DNA of 64,000 bases, from assembly GCA_043228905.1 (NCBI GenBank), contig JBHGNT010000002.1, forward strand, positions 19,468,001 to 19,532,000, in the 5' to 3' direction. The notes beneath the pieces were generated by a model. That model was not told where the DNA came from, made no database searches, and worked only from the letters and a program-made list of their open reading frames with translations. Source of the stretch: Azolla caroliniana (Eukaryota > Plantae > Polypodiophyta). The translations under genes were made by a program, and so were the position numbers. Positions 13,260 to 28,917 of the stretch are shown here, in pieces; within the stretch, counting starts at the first letter, position 1, and the number at the start of each line of letters is the position of its first letter.

Positions 13260-14087
13260 GTTGGGACATGGGTGTTTTGTAGCACGTTGAGGTTATTGCT
13301 ATAATAATCCCTTGCTTCATCATTATTGATTGGTTCCATTACTATTTGATGGGAATTCAAGTAGCTTTTGTATACACATCTCTAAAGGTTGTAGTAGTAT
13401 AGGCCACTACTTCGCATCATTACCCTAAAATGCCCTGGAAAATACCTTCTCCACCAAGCAGGGAGCCAATCGAGGAAAATGTTATGTGAATATAATGTGT
13501 TGGATGTGTAAGCGTTATCCTGTGCATGTTACCAAACATGGACTAGCCACACAAATATGAGAGGTGAGGCATGACCATTGTCATTGTTGAGTGGTTTGAT
13601 TGTGGGTTGTTGAGCAATATCATGCAATTGTTGCAATAGGGTCCAAAGCTTGTTCATAGACTTCGATAACCAATGTTTGCCTAGAAGTTCGGTTGTTAGG
13701 TCAACTCCATCTAGTTGTAGTAATCTAGAAATGGTGATATTGTTGTGTCTAGAAGGGCAATTCCTTCCATAATTTATATTGAATGGATGTAGTAGAATAA
13801 AGCTTGTTAATATAATCTTATACCTAGATATGACAAGAATGATCATGAGATCATCAAAAAGCCAATATCGAAGTAGTAATTAGATCAATCGTAGGATCAA
13901 TAACGTAATTAGAAAATAGATTGCTAGAATCCTAATAATCAACCCTAATACTCGACGGTCATCCCTTTTTAAGACCCTAAGTTACCTATTCATAGTTTTC
14001 TCTCTTAGCTTAAGTTCGCCTTGCCTTCATTCTCTCCAAGCTTTCTATTATTTAGCTTGAGAGTCACCCCCACCAATTTGAAGGTGC

Positions 14088-14510
14088 CATGAGTAATGGA
14101 TGCCAAGTCCTATAATAATGGGTCATATGAGATTTCCTACATCCCTTCCCCCACTATCCTTCTCTAGAGAAAGTGTCGTTGATTTGATTTTTCGATTGAT
14201 GGTCTTGTATTTCGTATTGGTAACAACCTATTCACCGAGTTGAACCTTTACACCAATATCAAGGTGACCTAAATAACTTAGCATAACAATTTCATCTTTA
14301 AAGACATGAGTAATGGATGCCAAGTTCTATAATATTGGGTCATACGATACTTCCTTCATCCCTCCTCCACTATCCTTCTGTAGAGAAATCGCCATTGATG
14401 TGATGTTTCGATTGATTTTCTTTTATTTCGTATTGGTAGCAACGTCTTTACTAAGTTGAACCTTTACACCAATATCAAGTTGACGAAAATAACCTAGCAT
14501 AAGAATTTCT
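14088..14510. repeat. Tandem duplication, 217-bp period
   Basis: catgagtaatggatgccaagt at 14088 and 14305; the copies stay colinear to ...tagcataa. Confidence 0.85.
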
Positions 14511-14547
14511 TTGACCACATGTATTCTTTAGATGTGATCAATCCCTC

Positions 14548-14952
14548 TTCACTTCCCCTTTTGGGTTCAAACACCCTTTTGTTGTAGGCATGGTTGGGTG
14601 AGACCTTATGGAAGCAAAATGATTTGTCACCATTTGGGCTCCAAATCTGTGTGAACACCAAACTGGACCTATGAGTGAAAACAAATATAGAGAATCAAGA
14701 TAACCCTCCTAATCCCCAACATAGTGGAAATCATAGTATTTGGATTTCTTTACTTCCCCTTTTTCAGTGAAACACCTGTTTATTGCAATCATGGTTGGGC
14801 AATACCGTATAGAATCACATTGATTTATCACCATCAAGGCTCCAAATTCACGTGAACACCAAACTAGACTTAAAAGTAATTAAAACAAAATTGGAGGTAA
14901 ACTTCCTAATCCCCAACACAATCACGATCATAGTATTTTGATATCTTTGCCC
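14548..14952. repeat. Second adjacent tandem duplication, ~200-bp period
   Basis: acttcccctttt..aaacacc..catggttggg..ggctccaaat..gtgaacaccaaact..tcctaatccccaaca..atcatagtattt occurs twice. Confidence 0.75.
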
Positions 14953-17568
14953 CCGTTGGTTAAGATTGAGGCCATATTTGACTACGCCCTTAAATTATGT
15001 GAAAGTTATCATCCTAGTTGTCTATTGAATCTTTTTTATTTGCCATTGCATGCGTGGATTTCCATGCCATCTTTAGTGAGGGGTGACATTTGCACAAAGA
15101 CCATACGTTGTCATGCTTTTTATGAAGCCACTAATTTATACCATGTAGTCCAAGTATTTATAGGCCCACAAAAGGATTCTAGTGTGACTCATTGAATAAC
15201 ATCTTGAGAGATTGTAGATGGGGATATCACATAACATCTACCCCAAAAACTAAAAATCTTTGCACCATTATTAGGCTTTGGCGTACCAATCCCTCTTCCA
15301 TAGCATTTGATCATATGTACATAACAATTATCAAAGGGATGCATGCAAAGGATGTTATCTTAATGTCTCCATGGTTGACCTAGCATGATAGGTCATCATG
15401 CCACATCTCACTCCAACACTTGGAGAGCTTGTTTTGATCATGAGCTTCTATTGTGACCACAATAGATTTCTTCAAAACTTTCTTATTGTCATCATCACGG
15501 AGACATTTGACATGTACCTATAGGCTACATTATGTCAAACTTAGAATTTCCCAATAATAAAGTATTATGAACAAAATATATAATGACAAAAGTTTGATCA
15601 TGATGTAGATAGTATGTAGATACAAATATGGTGCATTGATGTCCACTCCTTTTCATAATTGCTATTCATAAACTTGCTTTCATGATCTAGTGACAATTCC
15701 TTGATATTAATGATACCATCATCATACCCTTTCCTGAAGGTAATCTTGCATCTCAGCATCATGTGAATTTGATACATCTCCCATAAAAAATGTAGAGAAA
15801 GCAAAGCTCAAATATGGTCGAAGGCAGAATATTTCAACGATGTGATACCAAAATCATGCACCTGTTTGGGGCAACACATATATTGCCAATGAGTCTATTA
15901 GTCATGGGTGTTTGGATGCATTGACATATTGTCCTTGTTAATTTTCCCAATATTTGTGGCTATAATAAGACTCAAACTTAAATCTATGTCTGGATATTCT
16001 TCCCTCTATATTGAATCTTGTGGTTGAATGAAACATGGAGTCATCTTCTCTTGTCCCTTTCTTTTCTTCTATTTGCATAACACGGGGTGCACTCAATTTA
16101 CACACGCTGTCAAACTCATAATATTTTGTTTTTCTTCCACTCTCCTAGTTGCTCCAAGTGAAGGTATTTTAATTTGCGGGTATTTGAAACAATCAACCAC
16201 TTCGGTTTTCACATCTTCATTGTACACTACTAGCTATTAAACTTCAAATTTGATGATGCTTATCACCATGACTTCTAGTCTTAACCACATCGATTGTTAG
16301 GTTAAATGTTCACAAAAAACATGCATTATATCTAAAAGCTAGAGCATTGTCAACTTAGAATATACTAAAGCTACAACATTGTCTAAATAATTCAAAAGCA
16401 ATACAATGAAATGCCCATGTTTGGTTTTCCTCATGACTCATGTGCTCCTAAGGCTTCTTGACTGAACTCTGCTAGTTGGTCAAAACACGGACAAGATAAG
16501 ATAGATGACAAAGGACATCTTTGTTTCACTTCCATGGTGCTCATGAACCCTCTACACTCTAGAAATGCCTCTATTTGTCTTCGACTTTTACTTTATTTGC
16601 TGGTATAATAGAATCTAATTGCTTTTATGCATGTTGGTACAAGTTTCTCCATTGTCTCTAGTAAATTTTCCCTCGTGATTGTCACAATAGTTTTCTTGAA
16701 ATTTACAAAATGGCAATGCAATAGTTGTTTTTTAAGCCATTTTTTGTCCATTATCCCCCCCACAAACAAATGCTGAAATGATTACTGTTGTGTTTAGGTC
16801 AAAAACTTGTTTGTCCCATTGCTCTCTTGTTTTGTTTTCTAGCCCATTCACTAGGGTAATGTTCAACAAAACATCATATAACTTTGGCCATACAACATCC
16901 CACCAAATCATGTGATAGAGAGTTGATTTCTATTCCCTTATTGTGTTTTGATTATGTTATCCTACCAGCTATATTAACAATTTTATATGATGTTTATATT
17001 CTATTGGTCTCTAAGCCAACTCTTTTAAACCCACAATATTCCATAATTAACCCATAGTCTTTGATAGCTTGCTCTAAATTCTAGAAATCTTCTACATTAT
17101 GTAATAACAAATTGATATTCACATGTTGATGCATTCCTGTGTTTTCAGTTAATTGGCTAGTATTGGCAGCCATCACAAGATTGGAAACCTGGAACCGCTG
17201 TTCTGATTCACATTATTTCTCATTGTGTGATTATTCATTATTTCCTGTTGTGGTATTATTATTGCCATTTGCATTCCAATTTCCTAGTAAATGCCTTTAT
17301 TTTGCCCCAATACTTAATTGTGTTTTTCGCTCCAATATGTTCTTTTGTTTGATGGATTATAATCTCAAATTGTAGATATTAAGATTTAAAATGCCTTCTC
17401 AAGAATAGAGATAGAAAAGCCCAAAAGAGTGGCAAACGATCTTTGCTATGTATTTTGGAATGCTGTTGTAGCCTCTCTGTCAATCAATCTTTGCTATGTA
17501 TTGGTTCAGGAAATATTTTGGGGAGAAGCTCTCCACCTCAGGTCAGTATCCCATATTTGTTCTCTCTT

Positions 17569-21104
<3,536 letters not shown>

Positions 21105-21574
21105 TTCTTCTTCCTCACAGGATCCTCCCCTGTTTCTTCATATTCGTGAAGGAGAGAGAGAGAGAGAAGGACATGCACCTCTTTGATTCATACACACACA
21201 CTCACATATGTATGTATTTATGTATGTATTTATGTATGTATGTAGACATGTGATTCATGAATAAAACATGGATGGGACATGCACATAACATACATATTCT
21301 TATTTTCTATTTCTTACCAGCATCACAATCAATAATATGAGATATACATGCATACATACATAGATTGACCTATTCGTGATATTCGTGATATTCGAGAATG
21401 AAACAATAAGAATTTTATAATCGTTACTCCATAAAGATATATGCACATTGATATTTGTAAGTGCTGCAAACAAGCTTTCGAGAAATAACAACATGGGTTT
21501 GTATAAGCGAAGGACTTATTAACAGACAAATATTGATGGCCATTCATTTCGTTTTGAATTTATATAATAAAAAT

Positions 21575-21850
21575 TGTTTAATTCACTAAAACATTGATTA
21601 AATCACTAAGACAACAATTAATTCACTAAAACATTGATTAAATCACTAAGACAATAATTAATTTACTAATACATTAGTAATTAATTAATTCACTAATACT
21701 TAACTAGTTCACTAACATAATAATTTATCTACTAATACATTAATCAATTTACTATTAATTAATTAATTCACTAATACATTACTTAATTCATTAAAAAATT
21801 AATTACTTAATTGAAACTATTGATTAATTAATTAATAAGCAATTAATATA
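21575..21850. repeat. AT-rich minisatellite (aattcactaa units) into which the MULE inserted
   Basis: Near-exact 40-bp duplication at 21581-21660 plus decayed units. Similar sequence resumes after 24287. Confidence 0.7.
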
Positions 21851-24286
21851 GGAATGGGCTACCCCATTTTGGCTATTTGCCCCCCCCCCCCCACCAAAAA
21901 AAAACATAAATAAAAATAAATAAATAAACCTTTTTGGCCCCCTAAAAAAATAACTTTTTAGCCCCCTATTTTGGCTATTTGCCCCCCACCCCCCCAAAAA
22001 AAAAAAAAAAAAAAAACTTTTTGGCCTCCTAAAAAAAAACTTTTTAGCCCCCCTATTTTGGCTAAACTTACAACACTTCTTTCCCAATAACACTTACAAC
22101 AATACCTTGTTGGAACAAACATGCTTGTCAAGTGATTTGGTTGTTGTTGTGAAGTACCAAGTAGCTAAAATGAGTTATATTAATGGAAGTCAAATACAAC
22201 CTTCTTGGTATTACAAAAATAAAAATAAAAATTTGATAGTTCTCACCTCAACCAAAATGTTTTTGTGATATATATCAACCATTACACTTTACAACCTCAT
22301 AAAAAGGTTTATCAACTATTACATAAAAAGGAATCGTCGTCAATAACATTCTTAGTATTGTAGGGGCAAATAGCCAAAATGGGGGGGCAAATGCATATCG
22401 CAAGTGCGTGCATTGTGACCAGCTTGATCACATTTGGAACATTTGCGACCGGTAGAGTACTCAAATAGTGACTTCTCCCTTTGGTTGGCCTTTTTGTTCT
22501 TCGACCCTGCAGGGCGACCTCGCTTCCTAGTTACCACGACTGGATTGGAGAGAGACTGCAGTGGTGCTTGACTTGCTTCATCCAATCGTGTCATGAGAAC
22601 AACAACCTGGTCATCGTCAGTTTCATACAATCTTTGCTCAATTTTCCTCATCAAACGCTTTCTGGGAGACAAACATGGCTTAGCTATAGAGGCGTGTTGA
22701 ACCATTGAACACGCAATCAAGTGCCATTGACAGTGAATATCTTCAAGATGGAATCTTTCATTTCTTTGGATGCATCTCAAAATGTCACGACAACATGGGA
22801 CACCAAAACTTGATCGAAACAACCCCGTACATTCATCACCATAATTGTTGTCAATAACTTTCTTGTACTGCTCCAATAACTTGTCTAATGCGTGTTTGGA
22901 TATCTTCTTTACTAGCGGCCTCATGAACTTGAGTGCATGTCGATGTGCCTGTGTAGACTTGTCATACTCCATTTTGGTGTTCAATTCTGTCAGTTGTGTG
23001 TCCAGTAGTAAACGGATTTTCTTGAATACAGTGAGCAGATCGTTATTAACAATGCCTAAAACCCTCTTGACAACATAATGGTTGCCTTCAATGCGAGAGG
23101 TGCTGGTCATTCCAAAGTGAGGGAAGCGACCAGTCCAATAACGTACAATCTTGTCTTTGTGAATCAACCAAGTCTCATATACATACTGCACCAACGCATC
23201 GTGACTTGGTCGCCATTTCATTTGAAACGTGGCCCAGTTAGCCTCAAAATCTAGCTCGCTGGAAGAGTATAGAAGCTGGTTCCAGTCGTCCATATAGGCA
23301 TTTGTGTCGTCAATGCTTGCAAACTTCGTCGTTGCATAGGCCAGAATGTTTTTGTTGACATGCCAGATGCAAAGCAAATTCTTTGTAGAAGGGAACACGA
23401 TAGCAATTGCACTCATCAATGCAAGTTCTCGATCCAGTTACAATTACTGATGGCTTTGTCACAAATTCGAATGACTGCAATGCCCAAACATACATGGCTT
23501 CTATCTCGTTGCATATGAATGCAAATCCAGCATTGAACGTACTATTTGTAGCCGTAATTCCAACGATGTTGAGCAATGGCATGCCAAATCTATTCGTTTT
23601 GTAGGTGCAATCCATGACAAATACCACATTGAACCGTCTGGCAAGATCTGCTGACTTTTGATGACAAAAGAAAAGGCCACTGATTGAGCCGTTCGAGTTC
23701 ACCTTGGAATTGAAGATAAAGTCGCCAGTGGAGATCTCATCGTATAACGCTTGAATTGGCGAGCGCCCGTCAAGAAACTCGGCTCTTGCAACCACTTTTT
23801 CATTGTGGATTTCTTTCCTGGTGGTCCATTGATTTCTGGTTTTTTCTCTCAAGTAGGCCAAAGTTGAAGCCGCACCAGTTCCAGCATTTGCCATGTCGCG
23901 AACAATGGTTTTTTCTGTATCAGTTAGTCTACGAGCCGTTGATATACCACTGAGATTGTCAGAAATAGGATGATTGTGTACAATAGCTGCCTTTTTAATA
24001 GTCCATTGTCCCGTTTTCTTCGAGAAGTTTGCTCTAATGAAGAATGGGCAGTCCATTAGACGAGTCCCTATTTGTCTTTTGCGAGTATCGTCAGTCAAGC
24101 CTAGAGGGTTGCGATATTTTCCCCCATAGTAGCACTTGAAAGTGACTTTTCTATTGTCACTATGCTTATCCACCACAACAATTATATTTTGAGCACAAAA
24201 ATGGTCCTTGATAAAACTGATTTTTTTTAGGAGGCCAAAAAGGGTTTTTTTTTTTTTTGGGGGGGGGGGGGCAAATAGCCCATTCC
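21851..24286 (-). mobile_element. Mutator-like (MULE) DNA transposon
   Basis: Terminal inverted repeat GGAATGGGCTA...TAGCCCATTCC, extended by ggctatttgc(C)n(A)n..tttttggcctcctaaaaaaaa blocks. 8-bp TSD TTAATATA at 21843-21850 and 24287-24294. Confidence 0.9.
22352..24220 (-). pseudogene. MULE/FAR1-type DDE transposase with a 1-nt frameshift and no ATG start
   Basis: WRKY-like CPF..HNHP, MDCTYKTN, VT(D)RELAL, CIWH, SRIEGNH, AT-hook KRGRP and CCHC knuckle. An extra base near 23435 (act g gat cga gaa) splits the two ORFs. Confidence 0.88.
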
Positions 24287-24529
24287 TTAATATATTAATG
24301 ATTAATTCATTAGGGTTTCGGCTAAACTTAGGGTTTTAGTGAAACCTTGAGTTTGCAGCCGAGAATAGGATGTAGGATTAGTGTAGAGCATAAATTGACC
24401 CATGCGTGAAATTCGTAATATTCGACATCCGTAATATTCGTAATATTCGAGAATACAAAATGAGCCCAAGAATATTACAGAACCATTCGTTTATTTATTT
24501 ATTATTTTAAAAAATAATTTTATATACTA

Positions 24530-24730
24530 TATATAAAAATATTATTAGTCTAGGTCCCCTTTTTAATGTCAAGAGAGTAAAAAGTGGGGAATTAATGAAC
24601 CTTTTATTTATTAAAAATAAAACAAATACTTTAAAGTTTTTCATCTATTATAAGAATATTATTAGTGTGAGGTCCCCTTTTTAATGTGAGATAAAAATAT
24701 AAAATTTTGTGAGAACCTTTTATTTATTCT
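24530..24730. repeat. Tandem ~120-bp repeat
   Basis: aatattattagt..aggtcccctttttaatgt..gaaccttttatttatt occurs twice. Confidence 0.7.
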
Positions 24731-25012
24731 ATTTATTTTTTGTTTCATTAAAAATTAAAACATATTGTGGGGTCACGTGGTAAAACCACAGGCTAAAACC
24801 CCTCACCTAACCCAAGTGGCTATAACCAAGGTTAGGGGAGTTAGACCTTGGGTTAGTTAGTTATGCTATAGTTAGTAAAAGGTTAGTTAGAGGAAAGTAA
24901 CTAGAAGTATGCCAAAATAACCGAATGGATCTTGGAATGTATTACCAAAGTGTATAAAGGCATTCAGATGGAATGGAAACAAGCAGAGAGTTTTGAGGCA
25001 TTTTACACACAT

Positions 25013-25030
25013 TGGTGGAGAAGACGGGCA
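25013..25030 (+). promoter_or_regulatory. Primer binding site, tRNA-Ala-like
   Basis: TGGTGGAGAAGACGGGCA, 1 nt after the LTR end; complementary to the ...CTCCACCA end of tRNA-Ala. Confidence 0.6.
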
Positions 25031-25460
25031 ACAATCAACACACCAAATCAAGAAAAAACTAAAGCAAAAACAAGACGCTACTCCAACATATTAGACACCA
25101 CCACATTAAGAAGTAGAAGCCGCAACGCGACCCCAACACAACAAGACGCAACAACAGCAAGTCGAAACCAACATACATATGGCATCTCCAATATAGAACA
25201 ACGGTGCAACAGAATGCACCGACATGAATCCTGAGTTTCTACAAGAACATAAAAAAAATCGTCAAACTTTTCAGATGGATCAACTAATACAAGCGGTATC
25301 TAACATCACAATACAATTGAATTTGACTAATCAAGCCATGCTATCTTTTTTCTCTTCGCAGATAGATAGGCACGCTAATTGCCTAGATCCACGAGTATGA
25401 CCTAAATCCTTCTCGGGTCTGCCGTTTGAGGACATCCTTTCTTGGCTCGATCATTTTGAA

Positions 25461-26147
25461 ATGGTGGCAAGCTATCATCAATGGCCCGAAGCACGGAAAG
25501 CACTAGAGATGCGAACCTTATTGGAGGGCATTGCGGCCACATGGTTCATACAACAAACAGAGGAGTCCAAGAACAATTGGTCGATACTTAAATCCCTCAT
25601 GATCGGCAATTTCACTCACCATGACTCAACTCAGACAACACTACAACAATTAGAGACCATCAAACAACAACAACATGAGCCAGTGACACAATTCGCAATC
25701 CGATTACAACAATTACTTACTCGCCCAAATCCAACAATGCTAGAATCGATGAAGTTATTCTTCTTGTGGCCATGGCTACGCCCAAAAATATATCGTCGAG
25801 TGCACGACCAAGGCCCCAAAACATTTCAAGAAGTCATCCTCATTGCGCAACGCATTGAAGTAGCAACACAAATAGAACTCCAAATGAGCTGGTCGTCCAA
25901 TGTCAATTCCGAGAAGCAGTACAACAGCAACGCCACGCCGATGGAAATCGATATCCAGAATGCTCAACTACAAGCAAGAAGGAACCTACCAACACGTGAT
26001 GCACAAGGAAGACCTAAGTGTTTTTTTTGCAACAACTATGGGCACGTGAAGAAACACTGTCGGAAATGGAGCAACCAAACACAGAAGCAAAATGTGCAAG
26101 TACAATTGGCTGTCAACAGTTACCGGGCCAACCTATCGGAAAACTGA
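25461..26147 (+). pseudogene. Gypsy E gag (5' part disrupted)
   Basis: Capsid-like region, PMEID, CFFCNNYGHVKKHC; ends SEN*. Confidence 0.85.
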
Positions 26148-28437
26148 GTCGCGGGGTGTTGAAGGGAGCACAACCCCCGCACATACAAGCATCCACATCC
26201 TCAAGTTCTCCCGTGTGCACGACCATGGCCACAATTCTCAATAGCCCGCAAGAAGTTCTCTTCAATTCCGGTAGTAGCATATCTTCCATCAACCAAGATC
26301 TGGTTGATCGCCTCAATCTTTCAACCTTCAAAGCTCCCCCGATCAAGGTGTTGTTCGGCGATCACCAACGCCTATATAAGTCCAACACCACAACCGCATG
26401 CACACTCAAGCTAGGATCCACCACAATCACGCACACCTTCTACGTACTTCCACATCAATTGTTCCCACTCACACTCGGATGTGATTGGTTCATCAAGAGC
26501 AGGGCCCAACTCGATTTCCATACGCGTCGCCTCACATTACCACAAGAAAGTTCAGTTCCCCTGTTCACAAGCAAATGCAACCAACAAATCAGTAATGCAC
26601 ATGTAGCATTAAGCAAGGAGGTTCACCTAAATGATGTCCACAAGATTTTAACTCAATACCCTGAGCTAATCAACTCATCTGACAAGCCCACTATAGTCTC
26701 TTTCCCAGTCCAACATGTCATCAACACAGGAAGCGCAACACCTGTCTGGACAACAGCAAGACGACGTTCTCCTTTAGATCATGCATGCATTGACCAAGCA
26801 GTGAATGAGATGCTTAAAAAGGGGATCATCTCACCCTCACATAGTGATTGGGTATCGGAGCCACACATGGTCAAAAAGGATGGTGGCACATACCGATTTT
26901 GTGTTCACTTTTGCAAGCTCAATCAAGTTACCATCCATGACCTTTACCCTCTGCCCCGAATAGATGACCTCTTGGGCCAGTTGGGATGCTCCAAGTACTT
27001 CACCTCTATCAATCTTGCGGTCGGATATTGGCAGATTCCAATGGACCCAAGAGATGCACATAAGACAACTTTCAGAACACGCAAAGGCCTATTCCAGTTC
27101 AACAAGATGCCATTTGGCTTGTCCGATGCAGGCAGCACATTTCAATGGATGGTAAATTCAATCTTCGCTGAATTGATCGCTGACGGTACAGTGCTCGTAT
27201 ACCTAGATGACATTCTAATTCATATTTCCACATGGCCACAACATATTCAGGTATTACAATCAGTTCTACAACGAATACAACAACACAATCTGAAATTACA
27301 GTGGAAAAAATGCAGATGGGATAGCACACAACTAAAGTTTTTGGGCTACATAATTTCTGTCGAAGGCCTACAGATGGACCCAAAGAAGACCGAGGCCGTG
27401 ACTAATTTTCCCCGACCAACCACAGTCAACTCCTTGCAGCGTTTCTTAGGCATGACAACTTTTTCACTCCGATTCATTCCGAATATGGCCACCATGACAG
27501 CACCCCTACGACACCTATTGCGAAAAGGCTCCAAGTTTGAGTGGACAACAAAATGTGAGAACAGCTTCATCCAATTAAAAACTACACTACACCAAGCAGG
27601 TCAGTTGGCTCACCCAGATTTCTCACGCCCCTTTCTTTTGCAGACAGACGCATCCAATCATGGATTGGGAGCCGTCCTACAACAAACGGATGCAACAGGA
27701 GTGGAGCACCCAGTTGCCTATATAAATCAATCCCTTACTCCTGGAGAAAAGAATTACTCCACAACAGAAAAGGAATGGTTAGCAATCGTATGGGCGTTCA
27801 CAAAGTTCCATCCCTATTTACACGGCACCCACGTCAACATCGAAACAGACCACCAACCCCTAGTCCATCTAATTAACAAGCCACACCCACCAGGTCGCCT
27901 GTTAAGATGGGCAATGGCTTTACAGGAGTATCGGTACACATTAACTTATAAAAAAGGAGTCCAAAATGTGATTGTCGATGGGTTGTCAAGAGTAGAAACA
28001 CAATGTGCTCAATTCAACCCTACAATAGTCCAATTACCCACAACGATCGCCCAGATAGCAGCCCTACAACAAGCCGACGAACAAATACGACAAATCACCC
28101 ATGACATCCAATCGACAACAAGCAAAAAGGTACACAACCATTTCCAATTGCAAAACAATGTCTTATACTTTATACAAACAGGGAAAGAGCCACGAATCTA
28201 CATACCACAAAGCTTGAGGAATTTATATAGGCAATTTTTTCACAATCACTCGATGTCTGGCCACCTTGGATTCCACAAGGTGTTGGACAAGATCTGTCTC
28301 TGATATTATTGGCCGCAAATGCATACAACGATTGCAACCTACATCAAACAATGTTAGTCATGTCAACAAATTAAGCCGCCCCATTCCAATGGCGGCCTAC
28401 TCTAGCCTATTACTATTTCTGAACCCTTTGAATTAAT
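26138..28437 (+). pseudogene. Gypsy E pol (PR-RT-RNaseH-partial INT) in the -1 frame
   Basis: LFNSGS (protease D>N), YPLPRIDD, GYWQ, MPFGL, YLDD, LQTDAS, ETDHQPL, GHLG; stops at 28301 and beyond. Confidence 0.9.
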
Positions 28438-28564
28438 CGAATCTTTAGTACTTTTGGGCTGTATGGCCTAAGCAAGGAGTGCGAGTGTATAACCTTCGGC
28501 AGTTGGATAGTTAGGGTAAATAGTATGGTACCTAAAGAATAGTATAAAAGAGAGTGGTAGGGGA

Positions 28565-28570
<6 letters not shown>

Positions 28571-28610
<40 letters not shown>
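28571..28610 (+). repeat. (GA)20 microsatellite in the PLE 3' region
   Basis: Read directly. Confidence 0.9.
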
Positions 28611-28615
<5 letters not shown>

Positions 28616-28637
28616 AATTTCAATTTATGTAAGAAAA

Positions 28638-28690
28638 GGTCTTTTGGCAAACATGTTTCGCTCTATATGAGCTCATCAATGCTAAAGGCC
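28638..28690 (-). ncRNA. Minimal type I hammerhead ribozyme (C3>U variant)
   Basis: Minus strand reads ggcctttagca-TTGATGA-GCTC-atata-GAGC-GAAA-CATGTT-tgccaaaagacc: imperfect stem I, core UUGAUGA, perfect 4-bp stem II, GAAA, palindromic AACATGTT stem III. Confidence 0.8.
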
Positions 28691-28917
28691 CGTATACAAA
28701 AATGTGAGAGGCTTATATAGGGAAAGATGCAAGAAGAGTGAAGGGGAGTGGTGGGGATGGATGAGAGGGGATTTGAATGTGTATAAAGGAGGATGTGGGA
28801 GTTAGGGAGGTAGTGAATGTAGAGAGGGATAGCTTAATGAGTTTGATGGTAAGGGATGATTTGGGGATCTATTATATTTAGTTCAAGTAGAATGATAGCA
28901 ATAGTAGTTGTGATGTT

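Larger units (their letters stand above)
24766..28437 (+). mobile_element. Ty3/Gypsy LTR retrotransposon E, 3'-truncated within the integrase
   Basis: Candidate 5' LTR TG..CA at 24766-25011 and PBS at 25013-25030. gag carries a CCHC knuckle; pol runs PR-RT-RH-INT zinc finger and breaks off after PITISEPFELI. No 3' LTR seen. Confidence 0.88.

Noticed and set aside
12400-13850. Possible very old Gypsy relic (LDGVDL..LGKHWL-like) around the solo LTR
   Set aside because: Too decayed to support boundaries or domain order
14550-15900. Possible LINE RT relic (GLGIRK-like on the minus strand)
   Set aside because: Candidate motifs are not in the expected order
21362-24455. TATTCG-motif direct repeats at ~21370 and ~24410 as ends of a larger element hosting the MULE
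   Set aside because: No TIR or TSD could be identified
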